64,000 bases of DNA from an uncultured Methanosarcinales archaeon (GTDB lineage Archaea; Nanobdellota; Nanobdellia; Woesearchaeales; SKGA01), in the NCBI GenBank assembly GCA_964611285.1, contig CAZSZY010000002.1, positions 7,694-71,693 on the forward strand, read 5' to 3'. The stretch's first letter is position 1. Each line of letters begins with the position of its first letter. The notes beneath the pieces are model-generated. The model saw nothing but the letters and a program-made list of their open reading frames with translations. It was not told the origin of the DNA and did not search any database. Position numbers and translations under genes: made by a program. Below are positions 19,455 through 29,249 of the stretch, one piece after another.

Positions 19455-19580
19455 TTTGTTTAACCTCGTATTTCTGAGCCTCTAATGGACCTAGATAATC
19501 GATAGCAAGAAGGAACAAGAAGGCATTTATAAAGCTAATGTTTCCAAAAGTTTATAAACAAGAATGAGGAAAGTAAGAGT

Positions 19581-19730
19581 ATGATGCTATTTAACAAAAT
19601 GGGTTATATGAGACCTGCACAAAAAATAATAATGATTATTGTCGTAGTTGTTGTTGCTCTGGCAGCAGGATTTCTTATAGGTAACGGAACAATCCCAACA
19701 CCGTTCACAGCCGCGCCTGTTATACCATAA
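19581..19730 (+). CDS. possible 49-aa single-TM membrane peptide
   Basis: MMLFNKMGYMRPAQKIIMIIVVVVVALAAGFLIGNG... with 'gaggaaag' upstream. Confidence 0.3.
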   Translation: MMLFNKMGYMRPAQKIIMIIVVVVVALAAGFLIGNGTIPTPFTAAPVIP

Positions 19731-19804
19731 ATGAGGCGTAAGTGCTGATAAATTGACTTAAAGGAATACCTTTATAAACGAAGTATGATTTCTCGAGGAT
19801 TAGT

Positions 19805-20059
19805 ATGAAAGGCATTATTGTGAACTATAAAGGTGGCAAGCACACGCAAGTTACCAATCAAATGATTATTACAATCGAAGGAGTAGACAATAGAGAAGCT
19901 GCAGCTAAGCTTGTTGGCAAAACTATTGTATACAATACTGGTAAGAAAGATGTCAAAGGAGAAATCCGATCTGCACACGGTAATAGTGGCGCTATTCGAG
20001 TTCTTTTTGAAACTGGTATGCCAGGACAATCTATTGGAAAACCAGTAACACTTTCCTAA
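19805..20059 (+). CDS. rpl35ae: 50S ribosomal protein L35Ae
   Basis: MKGIIVNYKGGKHTQ...GKTIVY..GEIRSAHGNSGAIRVLFE matches the L35Ae family; TATA at 19770. Confidence 0.85.
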   Translation: MKGIIVNYKGGKHTQVTNQMIITIEGVDNREAAAKLVGKTIVYNTGKKDVKGEIRSAHGNSGAIRVLFETGMPGQSIGKPVTLS

Positions 20060-20067
20060 AACATTAG

Positions 20068-20262
20068 GTGAACCCCATGAAGAAAAAAGTTTGTAGAACA
20101 TGCAAAATTTTTGTAGACGGTGACCTTTGTCCTGTTTGTAAGAAGTCAGCGTTTTCACAAAATTGGCAAGGACTCTTAACAGTTATTGATGCTAAACGAA
20201 GCAAAGTAGCTGAACACATGGGCTTTAAGACTAATGGTGAATATTGTATTAAGGTAAGATAA
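20068..20262 (+). CDS. spt4: transcription elongation factor Spt4 (RpoE'')
   Basis: C-x2-C...C-x2-C zinc ribbon and C-terminal GEYCIKVR, as in archaeal Spt4. Confidence 0.75.
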   Translation: MNPMKKKVCRTCKIFVDGDLCPVCKKSAFSQNWQGLLTVIDAKRSKVAEHMGFKTNGEYCIKVR

Positions 20263-20264
20263 GA

Positions 20265-20612
20265 ATGGATATTACAAGCAAAGAAGAAAACAAATTGCTA
20301 CAGAAAGTAGAAGTAACAGCAACTATGCTATTTGAAGGAGCAACACCTAATAGAAAAGATGTACAGCAAGCAATTGCAGCTCAAATAAAAGCAAAGGAAA
20401 CTCTTGTTATTATTACAAAAATTGATACTGCCTTTGGCAATAGCAAAGCAATCATTACAGCAAACGTTTATGCCGATGAAAAAGTTATGCTAGCAGGCGA
20501 GCGAAAGAATTTAGTTGAAAAACATAAAGGACACGATTCACAGGAAGCAAAAGCTAAAGAAGAAGTTGAGAAAAAAACTGCAGAACCTGTAGCTAAAGAG
20601 AAGACTGAATAA
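20265..20612 (+). CDS. rps24e: 30S ribosomal protein S24e
   Basis: [30 protein letters not shown] matches the S24e N-terminal region. Confidence 0.85.
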   Translation: MDITSKEENKLLQKVEVTATMLFEGATPNRKDVQQAIAAQIKAKETLVIITKIDTAFGNSKAIITANVYADEKVMLAGERKNLVEKHKGHDSQEAKAKEEVEKKTAEPVAKEKTE

Positions 20613-20613
20613 A

Positions 20614-20784
20614 ATGGCAGAAAAAAAAGCAGTTGGAAAGAAAAAAGCAGATAGCGTTCACACCATGTACGAAAATGGTAAAAAGAAAAACAAAGATTGT
20701 CCTAAATGTGGTCCTGGTGTTGCTTTAGCAGAACATAAAAATCGACGAAGTTGCGGTAAATGCGGCTACTTCGAAGTTAAATAA
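20614..20784 (+). CDS. rps27ae: 30S ribosomal protein S27ae
   Basis: 56 aa [55 protein letters not shown] with a C4 zinc ribbon. Confidence 0.85.
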   Translation: MAEKKAVGKKKADSVHTMYENGKKKNKDCPKCGPGVALAEHKNRRSCGKCGYFEVK

Positions 20785-20848
20785 TATTTTATTAACTATT
20801 TCTTATTATTACTAAAACTATAGAAGTAGATTTTATTCTTTTAGCTTT

Positions 20849-21454
20849 TTAGAAAATGGAATAATTTCGACCTAACTTCGCATCATCTGGAAGTACAAAA
20901 TTTCCTCTATCTCCAGTCAGCCCTAAAACAGGGACTATGTAAGGAAGAGATTTTCCTTCTTCATTTGCTGGAAAAGGATTTTCTGCATCAATTAAGTAAG
21001 GAGAATTATCTTTGAATACAATATTATAACCATGACGAGCGCTCGGACTTTCAAATTCATCTAACTCTAAAAATCCATTTATGAGATAAGATTCTTTTCC
21101 AGTTTGAGCAGATAATTGAACTAAAATTGCTTTTTCTAAACACTGCCCAAGACCGGCATTAACGACTTCAGAAATAGGCACTTCATTCGCAGTTTCAAAA
21201 TAATTCATTATTTTATCTTGATCACTTTTTAGAACATTATGGATTCTACCATAAGGAACAGTGCCTTTAGAAACAGGACCAATTAAAGATCCTATATCAG
21301 TTGTATCAACAACATATTGACCGCCCCAAACCTTCTTAAGTTTATCACCTACAGAAAGATTGTCAACTACATTATGAGTGGATTTTTGAGCTAAAGCTTG
21401 TAGAGAATCTTTTACTCCATAGTTTTCAACCATAGTATGATATAGACAAAACAA
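20849..21454 (-). CDS. hypothetical protein
   Basis: 201 aa ORF. Confidence 0.45.
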   Translation of the reverse strand: MFCLYHTMVENYGVKDSLQALAQKSTHNVVDNLSVGDKLKKVWGGQYVVDTTDIGSLIGPVSKGTVPYGRIHNVLKSDQDKIMNYFETANEVPISEVVNAGLGQCLEKAILVQLSAQTGKESYLINGFLELDEFESPSARHGYNIVFKDNSPYLIDAENPFPANEEGKSLPYIVPVLGLTGDRGNFVLPDDAKLGRNYSIF

Positions 21455-21575
21455 CTATATAAATGTTTCTGTTTGTTACTACTTTTAAGTGATTACTTCT
21501 TTATACGTAGAGTTCTCTAGCTTGGACGCTATTTCATCATAAATCTCGCCATAGAACAAATACCTTGCAATAAAT

Positions 21576-22400
21576 TTATTCTTTTAACTTTTTAGGATCG
21601 TGACCGAGAATAAATTTCATACGTTTGACAAAGTCATGTGCTTGTGCTAAATATTTATCAATATCTTTACCAGACATCTTCACAAGTTGCTGATGACCAA
21701 CATTTTTAGCAAGATCGTAGAACTGAGTGAGAATCTTCACATAAGAAGGATCGAGAAAATTCTTTTTTACAAAATGTTCATCAAGTAACTGCGCAACATG
21801 ACTTGGCGCGCCCGGAACAACATCAATATGCATGAGTGCTGCATGTGCTGCATCAATACAAGCCCAATACATATCAACAATAGCGCCGAGCAAGTGACCT
21901 TCGGCATTCTTTAATGTTTTTGGAGCTCTCTGATAATATGTCCATACTGCTTCTTTTGTTGGACGAATACGACCCTTATCAAGTAATGCTTGTGCTGGTA
22001 AGAAAAAACCTTCATCATACACAGGCATGCCTTCACGAAGCATGTTTACAATAACAGGATCTCCTTGTCGCATATAATCCCAAAAATTACTCAAGTGCAT
22101 TTGCGTAATATGAAAATCTTTAGAAATCTTGCCTGCAACATTCTCAATTAATACACGAAGAGATTGAATAACTTCAGAAGAAAGTACAATTGTTAAATCA
22201 TTAATAATTAAGAGTACATCAATATCAGAACCTTTTATCGCATCGCCTCGAGCAACACTGCCAAAAACAACAACTGCTTTAAGCATATCACCCATTTCTT
22301 TTTTTAACTTTTCAGCGAGCTCTTTAGCAAGTTTAACATCATCCTCACTATAGTGATATTTTACTCCTCGCTCTCTTGGTTCTAAAGAAATTTCTACCAT
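21576..22400 (-). CDS. minimal nucleotidyltransferase (Pol-beta superfamily) fused to a C-terminal helical domain
   Basis: VVVFGSVARGDAIKGSDIDVLLI NTase motif, then an ~140 aa all-helical C-terminal region (KNTase/HEPN-like architecture). Confidence 0.6.
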   Translation of the reverse strand: MVEISLEPRERGVKYHYSEDDVKLAKELAEKLKKEMGDMLKAVVVFGSVARGDAIKGSDIDVLLIINDLTIVLSSEVIQSLRVLIENVAGKISKDFHITQMHLSNFWDYMRQGDPVIVNMLREGMPVYDEGFFLPAQALLDKGRIRPTKEAVWTYYQRAPKTLKNAEGHLLGAIVDMYWACIDAAHAALMHIDVVPGAPSHVAQLLDEHFVKKNFLDPSYVKILTQFYDLAKNVGHQQLVKMSGKDIDKYLAQAHDFVKRMKFILGHDPKKLKE

Positions 22401-22449
22401 CTCGCGCCCTCTTTACTACTCTTGTAGTTTGATTATTTATAAATTTACT

Positions 22450-24519
22450 CTATTCCAAAGGAATTTCAGACCATAAGCTCCATTCGTTACTTGGCGCATA
22501 CGCTCCAAAAATATAATTCGGTGGTGCTCGATAGCCGGCTGCGCCACCTCTACCAGCATACACATTACCAAAGGAATTTCCACCAGACACATCGCCAAAA
22601 TGATAACCACTACCCATGCTTGCGCCAAACTCACTCCAAAGCGAGTATTGTGTGGAACCAGGGTCAAATACTTCATCTTCATGACCTTCAGATACAATAG
22701 AGCCCTTAAAACCACTTTTTTGAAGCGCCTTTACGCCTTCAACTGTTGGAAAAATACCTTGACCAACAGGCAAATGACGATGATCACCTGTTGAACTATC
22801 TACAACTTGTACACTACCAACAACATCTTCTTTACCTAAATAATCCATTTGATTCATAAACCATTTGTTAAACCGTTGTAAACGTTTTTCTTCTGGCTCA
22901 TGAGAATTTTCTTTTGGAAAATGATTATACCACATAGACATGTGCGCAGTGTCCATAACGCCTTTAATGTGGGTCTTTGCCATAGATTGCATTTCTTTGT
23001 CCGTGTATTTATTTCTATATACAGGATCTTTTTGCATCTTGGTAATCATTTCTTGCCGAGAAGATTTAATAATTTCAACAAATTCTTCAGGATGCCCCCC
23101 ATAACCCTCTGGCCAACCAAGCTCTGGACCAACATAAATAGGATTAGCAACGTGACGTCGATGCGTTGTTTCCATTGCATCTAAACCTGCTTCAGCAAAT
23201 GTTTGAAATGTTTTTTGTTTACCATACTCTTCAATAGGTTTAATATGTTGCATTGTATCCCAAATCGTGTTTGCTTGTGCGTCGGCCATACCAGATGCTT
23301 CGTGAATATGCTGCATTCTAAGTTTTTCTGCGGTAATTGATTCATTATTTGCTTCACTCTTTTTTACTAAACGGCCATCAGGAGTTGGCTCCATCAATCC
23401 TAATTGTTTTAGTTCTTCTTCAGATTTACCAGTTTCTATTTCTCGATATTGTCGTTGTTGCTCCAATAATTTAGAAAGTTGTCGTTGATGCGCTTCATAA
23501 TCGCCCGTGTAAAAAATAGATTGACCACGACTTTGTGCATATTGATTTTCAAGTTGCACACGACCATACCATTCTTCAGCAGATAACTTCATACCAGATT
23601 CTTTATTTCTATTCTGCGCATAATTTTTAAAATCATTCCAATCAAGTTGACGAGATTTAAATTCGCTTTTTTCACCATTCCATACAGGAACACGATTCAT
23701 AATAAACTCTTTACTTGTAGGATCACTTGTTAATTTGTTACCATGCACATCTAAGTAATCACCATCATTAAAAGTAACACCATCAGAACCAACACCATGA
23801 CCATTAGCTTTCTTCCATTCAGGAACAGAAATCTTTGCCATGCCTCGACCACCTAATTGACCAGTTTCAAATTCTTGAATGATTGTTCCTGTTCGTTCGT
23901 CAACAAGTTGTTTTTTAGCATTTTCTTCCTCTTTCCATCCTTCAAAGTCAACAAACTTGTTTTTTCCTTTGTTAAACTTAGCATCACCAATAGTTCTATT
24001 AAATTCATAACTCCAAACGTCAACACCACCACCAGCACCAATGTCTGCTGCAAAAGTTATTGCGTCACGTACGTGCTGTAAGTCTTGTTTTCTTTTCTGC
24101 TCGCTAAAACCGCCTTGTCGAGGATCAAAACCGCTCATGTTAGTCATATCTTGAGGAGAAAATTCCAAACCTTCCCACGTAGCACCACTTGCTTTGAGCA
24201 CTTCTTTAATTGCTTGACGTTTATCCTTACCAATACTTGCAACACCGCCACCCATCTGCGTGCCAACAGGTGTGCTTAAGGCAAGTTGTAACACACCAGT
24301 TCCTCGACGAATAGATGTAAGCATACTACCAAGCACATCAGCTTGACCTTGTGCATTATTCTCGCCAAATGTTGCACCAAGTTTACTGATGGGTATAATA
24401 GGTGTAGAAAGATGAGCAGAACCTTCACTACCCGTAGTTTTGCCAACAAGAAAACGATTCTCTTCTTGCGGCATCATATACCGGTCCAGTTTAGTGAAGT
24501 AACTAGTCATATGTATCAC
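22450..24519 (-). CDS. large hypothetical protein with a C-terminal xylose-isomerase-like TIM-barrel (AP-endonuclease-2 type) region and a Gly/Tyr-rich tail
   Basis: 689 aa; the C-terminal segment has DTAHMSMWYNHF, GDHRHLPVGQGIFP and VSEGHEDE resembling the metal-ligand segments of Endo IV / sugar-phosphate isomerase TIM barrels; the N-terminal 400 aa is unrecognised. Confidence 0.4.
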   Translation of the reverse strand: MIHMTSYFTKLDRYMMPQEENRFLVGKTTGSEGSAHLSTPIIPISKLGATFGENNAQGQADVLGSMLTSIRRGTGVLQLALSTPVGTQMGGGVASIGKDKRQAIKEVLKASGATWEGLEFSPQDMTNMSGFDPRQGGFSEQKRKQDLQHVRDAITFAADIGAGGGVDVWSYEFNRTIGDAKFNKGKNKFVDFEGWKEEENAKKQLVDERTGTIIQEFETGQLGGRGMAKISVPEWKKANGHGVGSDGVTFNDGDYLDVHGNKLTSDPTSKEFIMNRVPVWNGEKSEFKSRQLDWNDFKNYAQNRNKESGMKLSAEEWYGRVQLENQYAQSRGQSIFYTGDYEAHQRQLSKLLEQQRQYREIETGKSEEELKQLGLMEPTPDGRLVKKSEANNESITAEKLRMQHIHEASGMADAQANTIWDTMQHIKPIEEYGKQKTFQTFAEAGLDAMETTHRRHVANPIYVGPELGWPEGYGGHPEEFVEIIKSSRQEMITKMQKDPVYRNKYTDKEMQSMAKTHIKGVMDTAHMSMWYNHFPKENSHEPEEKRLQRFNKWFMNQMDYLGKEDVVGSVQVVDSSTGDHRHLPVGQGIFPTVEGVKALQKSGFKGSIVSEGHEDEVFDPGSTQYSLWSEFGASMGSGYHFGDVSGGNSFGNVYAGRGGAAGYRAPPNYIFGAYAPSNEWSLWSEIPLE

Positions 24520-24600
24520 TATAGTAAATCTTCTTTATAAATATATGTCGTCTCAGAAGAAAGAAACGACAGTTCTGCCAATAGATTCTAAATAAAAGAG

Positions 24601-24643
24601 TAAATAAAAAAAGTGCTAAAAAATCACGAATGATTTTTGGCAC
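24601..24643 (-). terminator. hairpin plus U-run downstream of ftsZ
   Basis: gtgctaaaaaatca/tgatttttggcac inverted repeat followed on the minus strand by 7 T. Confidence 0.4.
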
Positions 24644-24850
24644 ATCGAGCAAAGCTCAATGAAAAAAAAGTGCCTCCACTTTCATGGGATTTGTTGGGGG
24701 GTAAAAACAAAAGTGAAGGCGAAGAAGTTACGTTATATCCCGAAGGATTGTAACAATAATTCTTTGAATTATTGAATGTTAACTTGAGTCAACATAACAA
24801 TAATTCCCAAAGGGGGAAAATGCAAGGGATAAACCCTTGTCGCCACGCGT

Positions 24851-25942
24851 TTATCGAAGTACTTCAATTCCAAGTTCGTTAGATAATGTTTGTCGAGCTT
24901 GAGCTTGTTCACGTGCGTTTTGTGGTCCGATAACCCAAGGAGATTTTACGCCTGTAATAATAGTCATTACAGTTAGTTTTCCTTTCATATCTTCACTAAC
25001 ACGAGCACCCCAAATAACGTTTGCTGATGAGTCCATAGATTCAGTTACGAGTTCACCCACTCGGCTAATCTCATCCAAAGTCATATCGTGACCACCATGG
25101 ATGTGAATAATAGCACCTTGAGCTCCTTCATAACTTATATCAAGTAGAGGATTGGAAAGAGCTCCTCTAACTGCTTCATCAACTCGGTTTTTAGTATCAC
25201 TTGATCCAACACCAATACTTGCAACGCCACCAGCAGTCATAACTGCTTTTACGTCAGCAAAGTCTAGATTTACAAGACTTGGTACAGCAATAGTTTCAAC
25301 AATACCTTTAATCATGGTAGAGATTAACTCATTTGCAACTGCAAATGCTTGGTTAACAGGTAGATTTCCTGCAATTTGTACCAGCCGGTTGTTGTCAATA
25401 ACAATTACTGTATGTGTGCTTTGTCGGAGTTGTTGTAGACCAAATTCTGCTTTGTCCACTCTTGCTCTTTCAATCTTAAAAGGCATAGTTACGGTTCCGA
25501 TAACAATTGCGCCAGCTTCTTTAGCAACTTTTGCTACGACAGGAGCAGCACCTGTACCAGTTCCTCCACCCATACCTGCACAAACAAATACCATGTCAGA
25601 TACTTTTAGAGAATCTTTAATGTGAGACATTGCTTCTTCTGCTGCTTCTTTACCTACTTGAGGATATCCTCCAGCACCAAGACCTCGGCAAACATCTTTT
25701 CCTAAGAGAAATTTTCGATCAGCTTCAACCATGTTTAAGTGTTGTAAATCACTATTACATGCAATGATTTCTGCACCTTCAATGCCCTTTTTATAGAGCC
25801 AGTTAGTCATGTTATTTCCTGCACCGCCTACACCAATAACTTTAATGTTCGCTTGGCCTACTTCTATTCCAAACTCATTACTTGGTTGTTGTGGTTGTGG
25901 CTGTGGTTGTTCGTTATTTACGATAAAGTCCATTTTTTCCAT
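24851..25942 (-). CDS. ftsZ: cell division GTPase FtsZ
   Basis: IKVIGVGGAGNNM and GGGTGTGAAPVVA tubulin/FtsZ signature motifs. Confidence 0.92.
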   Translation of the reverse strand: MEKMDFIVNNEQPQPQPQQPSNEFGIEVGQANIKVIGVGGAGNNMTNWLYKKGIEGAEIIACNSDLQHLNMVEADRKFLLGKDVCRGLGAGGYPQVGKEAAEEAMSHIKDSLKVSDMVFVCAGMGGGTGTGAAPVVAKVAKEAGAIVIGTVTMPFKIERARVDKAEFGLQQLRQSTHTVIVIDNNRLVQIAGNLPVNQAFAVANELISTMIKGIVETIAVPSLVNLDFADVKAVMTAGGVASIGVGSSDTKNRVDEAVRGALSNPLLDISYEGAQGAIIHIHGGHDMTLDEISRVGELVTESMDSSANVIWGARVSEDMKGKLTVMTIITGVKSPWVIGPQNAREQAQARQTLSNELGIEVLR

Positions 25943-26104
25943 TTCCCCCTAGGTTTTTTGTTAACAAGTGTCTAGATAAGCACTCGGATATTTTGAGCTG
26001 GAAAGAAGGCTCTGTACGTCCCCAAATCAACCATCTCAAGCAACATACTAAAAGGTGTAGAAGGGGTATATAAAGATTGTTGTTTTAGAATATAGTAATT
26101 AAAA

Positions 26105-26647
26105 TCACATACTTTCTGTTTCGAAGAGTATTTTCTTTTTTCCAGGGTAAAGACCCATAGAAGACATCTGATTGTACTGCTCCGGTGTTAAAGTAAGTAA
26201 AATGATGTTAAATCCGTATTTCTCGCTAACATAGACCGAATTTCGTTTAATAGAGTCTGTATCAAGATTAGTCCCGATAACCAAGACATTTGCACGGCTT
26301 TTATCTTCTTTACCGTGCAAAACAACCATTTGTACACCATCAAACTCCTTAATGGTGTTCACGAACTCTATAACTGCATTTTTCCGGTCTTGCAGCAAGT
26401 CTACCAAGAAAAAACTCTTTTCCGTGTTCAAAGCATATAATTTGAAACGTTTTATCTGTTCCACTTTTAATATAGTAATGTCAACTAATTGATTCAATAT
26501 TCTGTACGTACTCGCAGGAGGTACCTTAGTAAGCTTAGCAATTTCACGTAAATAATATCTCTGATCGTCATGATTAACGAATAACTTAAGAATCTTTAAG
26601 GTAGAAGGGCTAACGAGCTTCTCAATGATATCTCTGTCTGACGACAT
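26105..26647 (-). CDS. putative wHTH transcriptional regulator with an uncharacterised C-terminal domain
   Basis: LREIAKLTKVPPASTYRILNQL HTH-like segment in a 180 aa ORF. Confidence 0.45.
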   Translation of the reverse strand: MSSDRDIIEKLVSPSTLKILKLFVNHDDQRYYLREIAKLTKVPPASTYRILNQLVDITILKVEQIKRFKLYALNTEKSFFLVDLLQDRKNAVIEFVNTIKEFDGVQMVVLHGKEDKSRANVLVIGTNLDTDSIKRNSVYVSEKYGFNIILLTLTPEQYNQMSSMGLYPGKKKILFETESM

Positions 26648-26898
26648 ATTTACCTTTAGGTGTAGTCCCCTTTATAAGTATTATCATACTAGAAACAATA
26701 GTTCAAATTAGGAACATTGTTCCTTTGTAGAAACGTTGTTTCATTTTTGATAATAAAAGAAGTTCCTCTGCCCTTAGAGACAACATACTCCGAGAATTCA
26801 TCATTTATAGAGATTTCGATACAATGAAAAAGTTCGCTCAAACTATTTGAGCAAGAACAATGGTAAATTGGCAGAGAGAAAATGAGAGAAATAAAGAT

Positions 26899-28650
26899 TT
26901 ACTGAGATTCATACAAATCTTGCACATCATCACTGCTTGCAATATCATCTGTGGAACGGTCAGAACGAAGAGCCAAGACTCGTGGAAACCTCAACGCATA
27001 GCCAGAGGTATAGGAAGGACTTTTTTGAATCTCTTCATACGCAATAGAAAGCACCACTTCGGGCTTGCAAGTAGCTATTTTTCCTTCGGTTTTGATGGTT
27101 AATGGCTTGAGCAATTCAGTTACCTGAGAAAAGGTCACGTGTTCGCCATCATCTATCTCTTTTAGACCTGTTCCTACTTTGCCAATCTGCAAGAATTTAC
27201 CAGAATCATTTCTACAGGCCAATGTGAAACTAGTCATCCACTCACTACGCTTGCCAGAACCCCACTCAGCTTCAACAACAACTAAATCAAGCTCATCCAT
27301 AATAGGTTTCATCTTAATCCAAGCAGAAACACGTCCACCTGGTTGATAAGGGGCTGAAAGGTCTTTAATCATAATACCTTCATTGCCTGTAGCTAAAGAT
27401 TCATCATAAAACTCTTGAGAGCCATCTTCGGAATCAATAACAATTCCTTTAACAAGAACTAATTTTCTAACAACATCATGAGTTACAAGGGTTTTGAGAA
27501 GCTCCAAACGCTCTGTGAGTGGTTTTTCTATGTGAATAACACCTTCAAGCATGAGCACGTCAAAAATATTGAGTTCTACAGGAAGTTCTTTTGCCAATCC
27601 TTCAATATCATATTTACGTCTGATACGCTTAGAAATATGTTGAAATGGCTGGTACTTGCCTGTTTTAGGATCATAACCTACTGCTTCAGCGTCCAAAATG
27701 CACTGTTTAGGCAGAATAAGCTCTTGAACTGATGAAACTATATCAGGAAATCTATGTGTGACATCTTCAAGCCGTCTCGTGAAAAGAGTTATCTTAGTAT
27801 CATTTTTATGAATTTGCAACCGAAAGCCATCATATTTATACTCTAAACGGACAGGAAAATTGGTTCTGGCAAACGCCTCATCAAAGGTTTTCTCTTTTCG
27901 AGCAAGCATAACACGACAGGGTTTTCCCAGCGTGAGTTTAAAGTCACTTAAGGGCTTACCAGCACGAATATGAGCAAGCACAACTGAGAAGTCCGCAGTA
28001 AGGTCTAAAGCACGCTTAATAGCATCTTTCATTTCATCTAAGGATTGCGAAGATTTCATTTCATGCTCAAGAGTATTCTTCTCTTTATTATAAGAAAAGG
28101 ATGTGGTGAAAAATGCCAAAGCCATAGCATCTCGAATGGTTCCTTCTGCAATACCAACCCGAAGGTCCTCAATAACAGCTCGGACGATGAATTTTGCCTC
28201 ACTTGGACTTGCACTCGTCAATAAACGAGAAAGTTCCGCCATTTTGATATCCTGAGACTTGTTCCCTTCCAAAGTTGCTAGCTTTTGAAGCGTATCAAAG
28301 ACATCTTGGAGTGTTAATGGTGCTGAGAATAATGTTTGTTGACGCTTAGTTTTAGTTAGGTTTTCTGCAACCTCGCCGATATCACCGGTGGTTTTCAAAC
28401 CCTTTTCCACAGCAGATTGATCATGACCAGTAGCTCTTGCAATTGCTCGAAGCACAAGCTTTCCTGCAACACCACTAGTTCTGTCATCCCATTCAGGAAA
28501 AACCTTGCCTTGCAATAAAAGAATAGCCGCCTCAGCATACTTCTCTTCAAGCTTATCACGTAAGAATTCTGCTAAGATTACAGTCTTCTCAAGTCGAGAA
28601 TTCGTTTGGGATAGACGCTCAAACGTCTTTGCAAGCACATCATACTTCAT
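26899..28650 (-). CDS. lig: ATP-dependent DNA ligase
   Basis: EYKYDGFRLQIH (KxDG adenylation motif) in a 583 aa ORF; N-terminus MKYDVLAKTFERL... typical of archaeal Lig. Confidence 0.9.
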   Translation of the reverse strand: MKYDVLAKTFERLSQTNSRLEKTVILAEFLRDKLEEKYAEAAILLLQGKVFPEWDDRTSGVAGKLVLRAIARATGHDQSAVEKGLKTTGDIGEVAENLTKTKRQQTLFSAPLTLQDVFDTLQKLATLEGNKSQDIKMAELSRLLTSASPSEAKFIVRAVIEDLRVGIAEGTIRDAMALAFFTTSFSYNKEKNTLEHEMKSSQSLDEMKDAIKRALDLTADFSVVLAHIRAGKPLSDFKLTLGKPCRVMLARKEKTFDEAFARTNFPVRLEYKYDGFRLQIHKNDTKITLFTRRLEDVTHRFPDIVSSVQELILPKQCILDAEAVGYDPKTGKYQPFQHISKRIRRKYDIEGLAKELPVELNIFDVLMLEGVIHIEKPLTERLELLKTLVTHDVVRKLVLVKGIVIDSEDGSQEFYDESLATGNEGIMIKDLSAPYQPGGRVSAWIKMKPIMDELDLVVVEAEWGSGKRSEWMTSFTLACRNDSGKFLQIGKVGTGLKEIDDGEHVTFSQVTELLKPLTIKTEGKIATCKPEVVLSIAYEEIQKSPSYTSGYALRFPRVLALRSDRSTDDIASSDDVQDLYESQ

Positions 28651-28854
28651 AGCAAAGTCTAATTTTATGGAGTTTTTAATGGTTTGGAAAAAACATTACG
28701 GACAAAGGATTTAGGGGTTTGAAAGCGTGTGTTTTTGGTTTCGCTCTTAGGGCTGATTTTTTTGACACTGGACAAGTGCTTGAGGCGTTTATAAAGAAAT
28801 CTTGCTGTAAAAGTAGTACAACTTACGTCGAAAGACGAATTGGAGGTGACAATT

Positions 28855-28965
28855 ATGTCAACAAAAGAAATCGAACAATTGTTTTTCAAACAAGTGAAGA
28901 AACTTACGATGAAAAGTTATGCAGATACCTACGATTACCAATTTTCAGACGCGTGGATGAGGTGA
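28855..28965 (+). CDS. small ORF (36 aa) behind a strong SD
   Basis: ggaggtga sits 7 nt upstream of the ATG; MSTKEIEQLFFKQVKKLTMKSYADTYDYQFSDAWMR. Confidence 0.3.
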   Translation: MSTKEIEQLFFKQVKKLTMKSYADTYDYQFSDAWMR

Positions 28966-28970
28966 ATAAC

Positions 28971-29117
28971 ATGAATCAAGAACAAATATACACAGAAATA
29001 GAGCGGTATCCGCGAGAAGTAGCTAACTTGGCTGTTGAGGCAGGTATAATCGATGAAATCGAAGAGAACATGCTAGAAAATTATCTTTGGCAAACAATGG
29101 ATATGGGTGTTAACTAA
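28971..29117 (+). CDS. small acidic ORF (48 aa), translationally coupled to the previous one
   Basis: The stop of the upstream ORF lies inside the 'gaggtga' SD of this one; MNQEQIYTEIERYPREVANLAVEAGIIDEIEENMLENYLWQTMDMGVN. Confidence 0.3.
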   Translation: MNQEQIYTEIERYPREVANLAVEAGIIDEIEENMLENYLWQTMDMGVN

Positions 29118-29249
29118 TACCATGAATCCAGAAAAAAAAGATTACCTAAGACTCTTCTATGAAGAGCAAGCCCTAGAAGGGCAAGAAACTTAATTTTCAT
29201 TCTTTGCTAACCAAACACCACGCCTTGCTTTGGCGTAAACACCTCTTTG

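Noticed and set aside
25152-25625. 157-aa plus-strand ORF antisense to ftsZ
   Set aside because: Mirror-frame artefact of the Gly/Ala-rich FtsZ coding sequence.
28719-29117. 132-aa ORF as given in the track
   Set aside because: The upstream two-thirds lacks start context and is out of frame with the SD-preceded 36-aa ORF; only the last 48 codons (28971..29117) have an SD and ATG.
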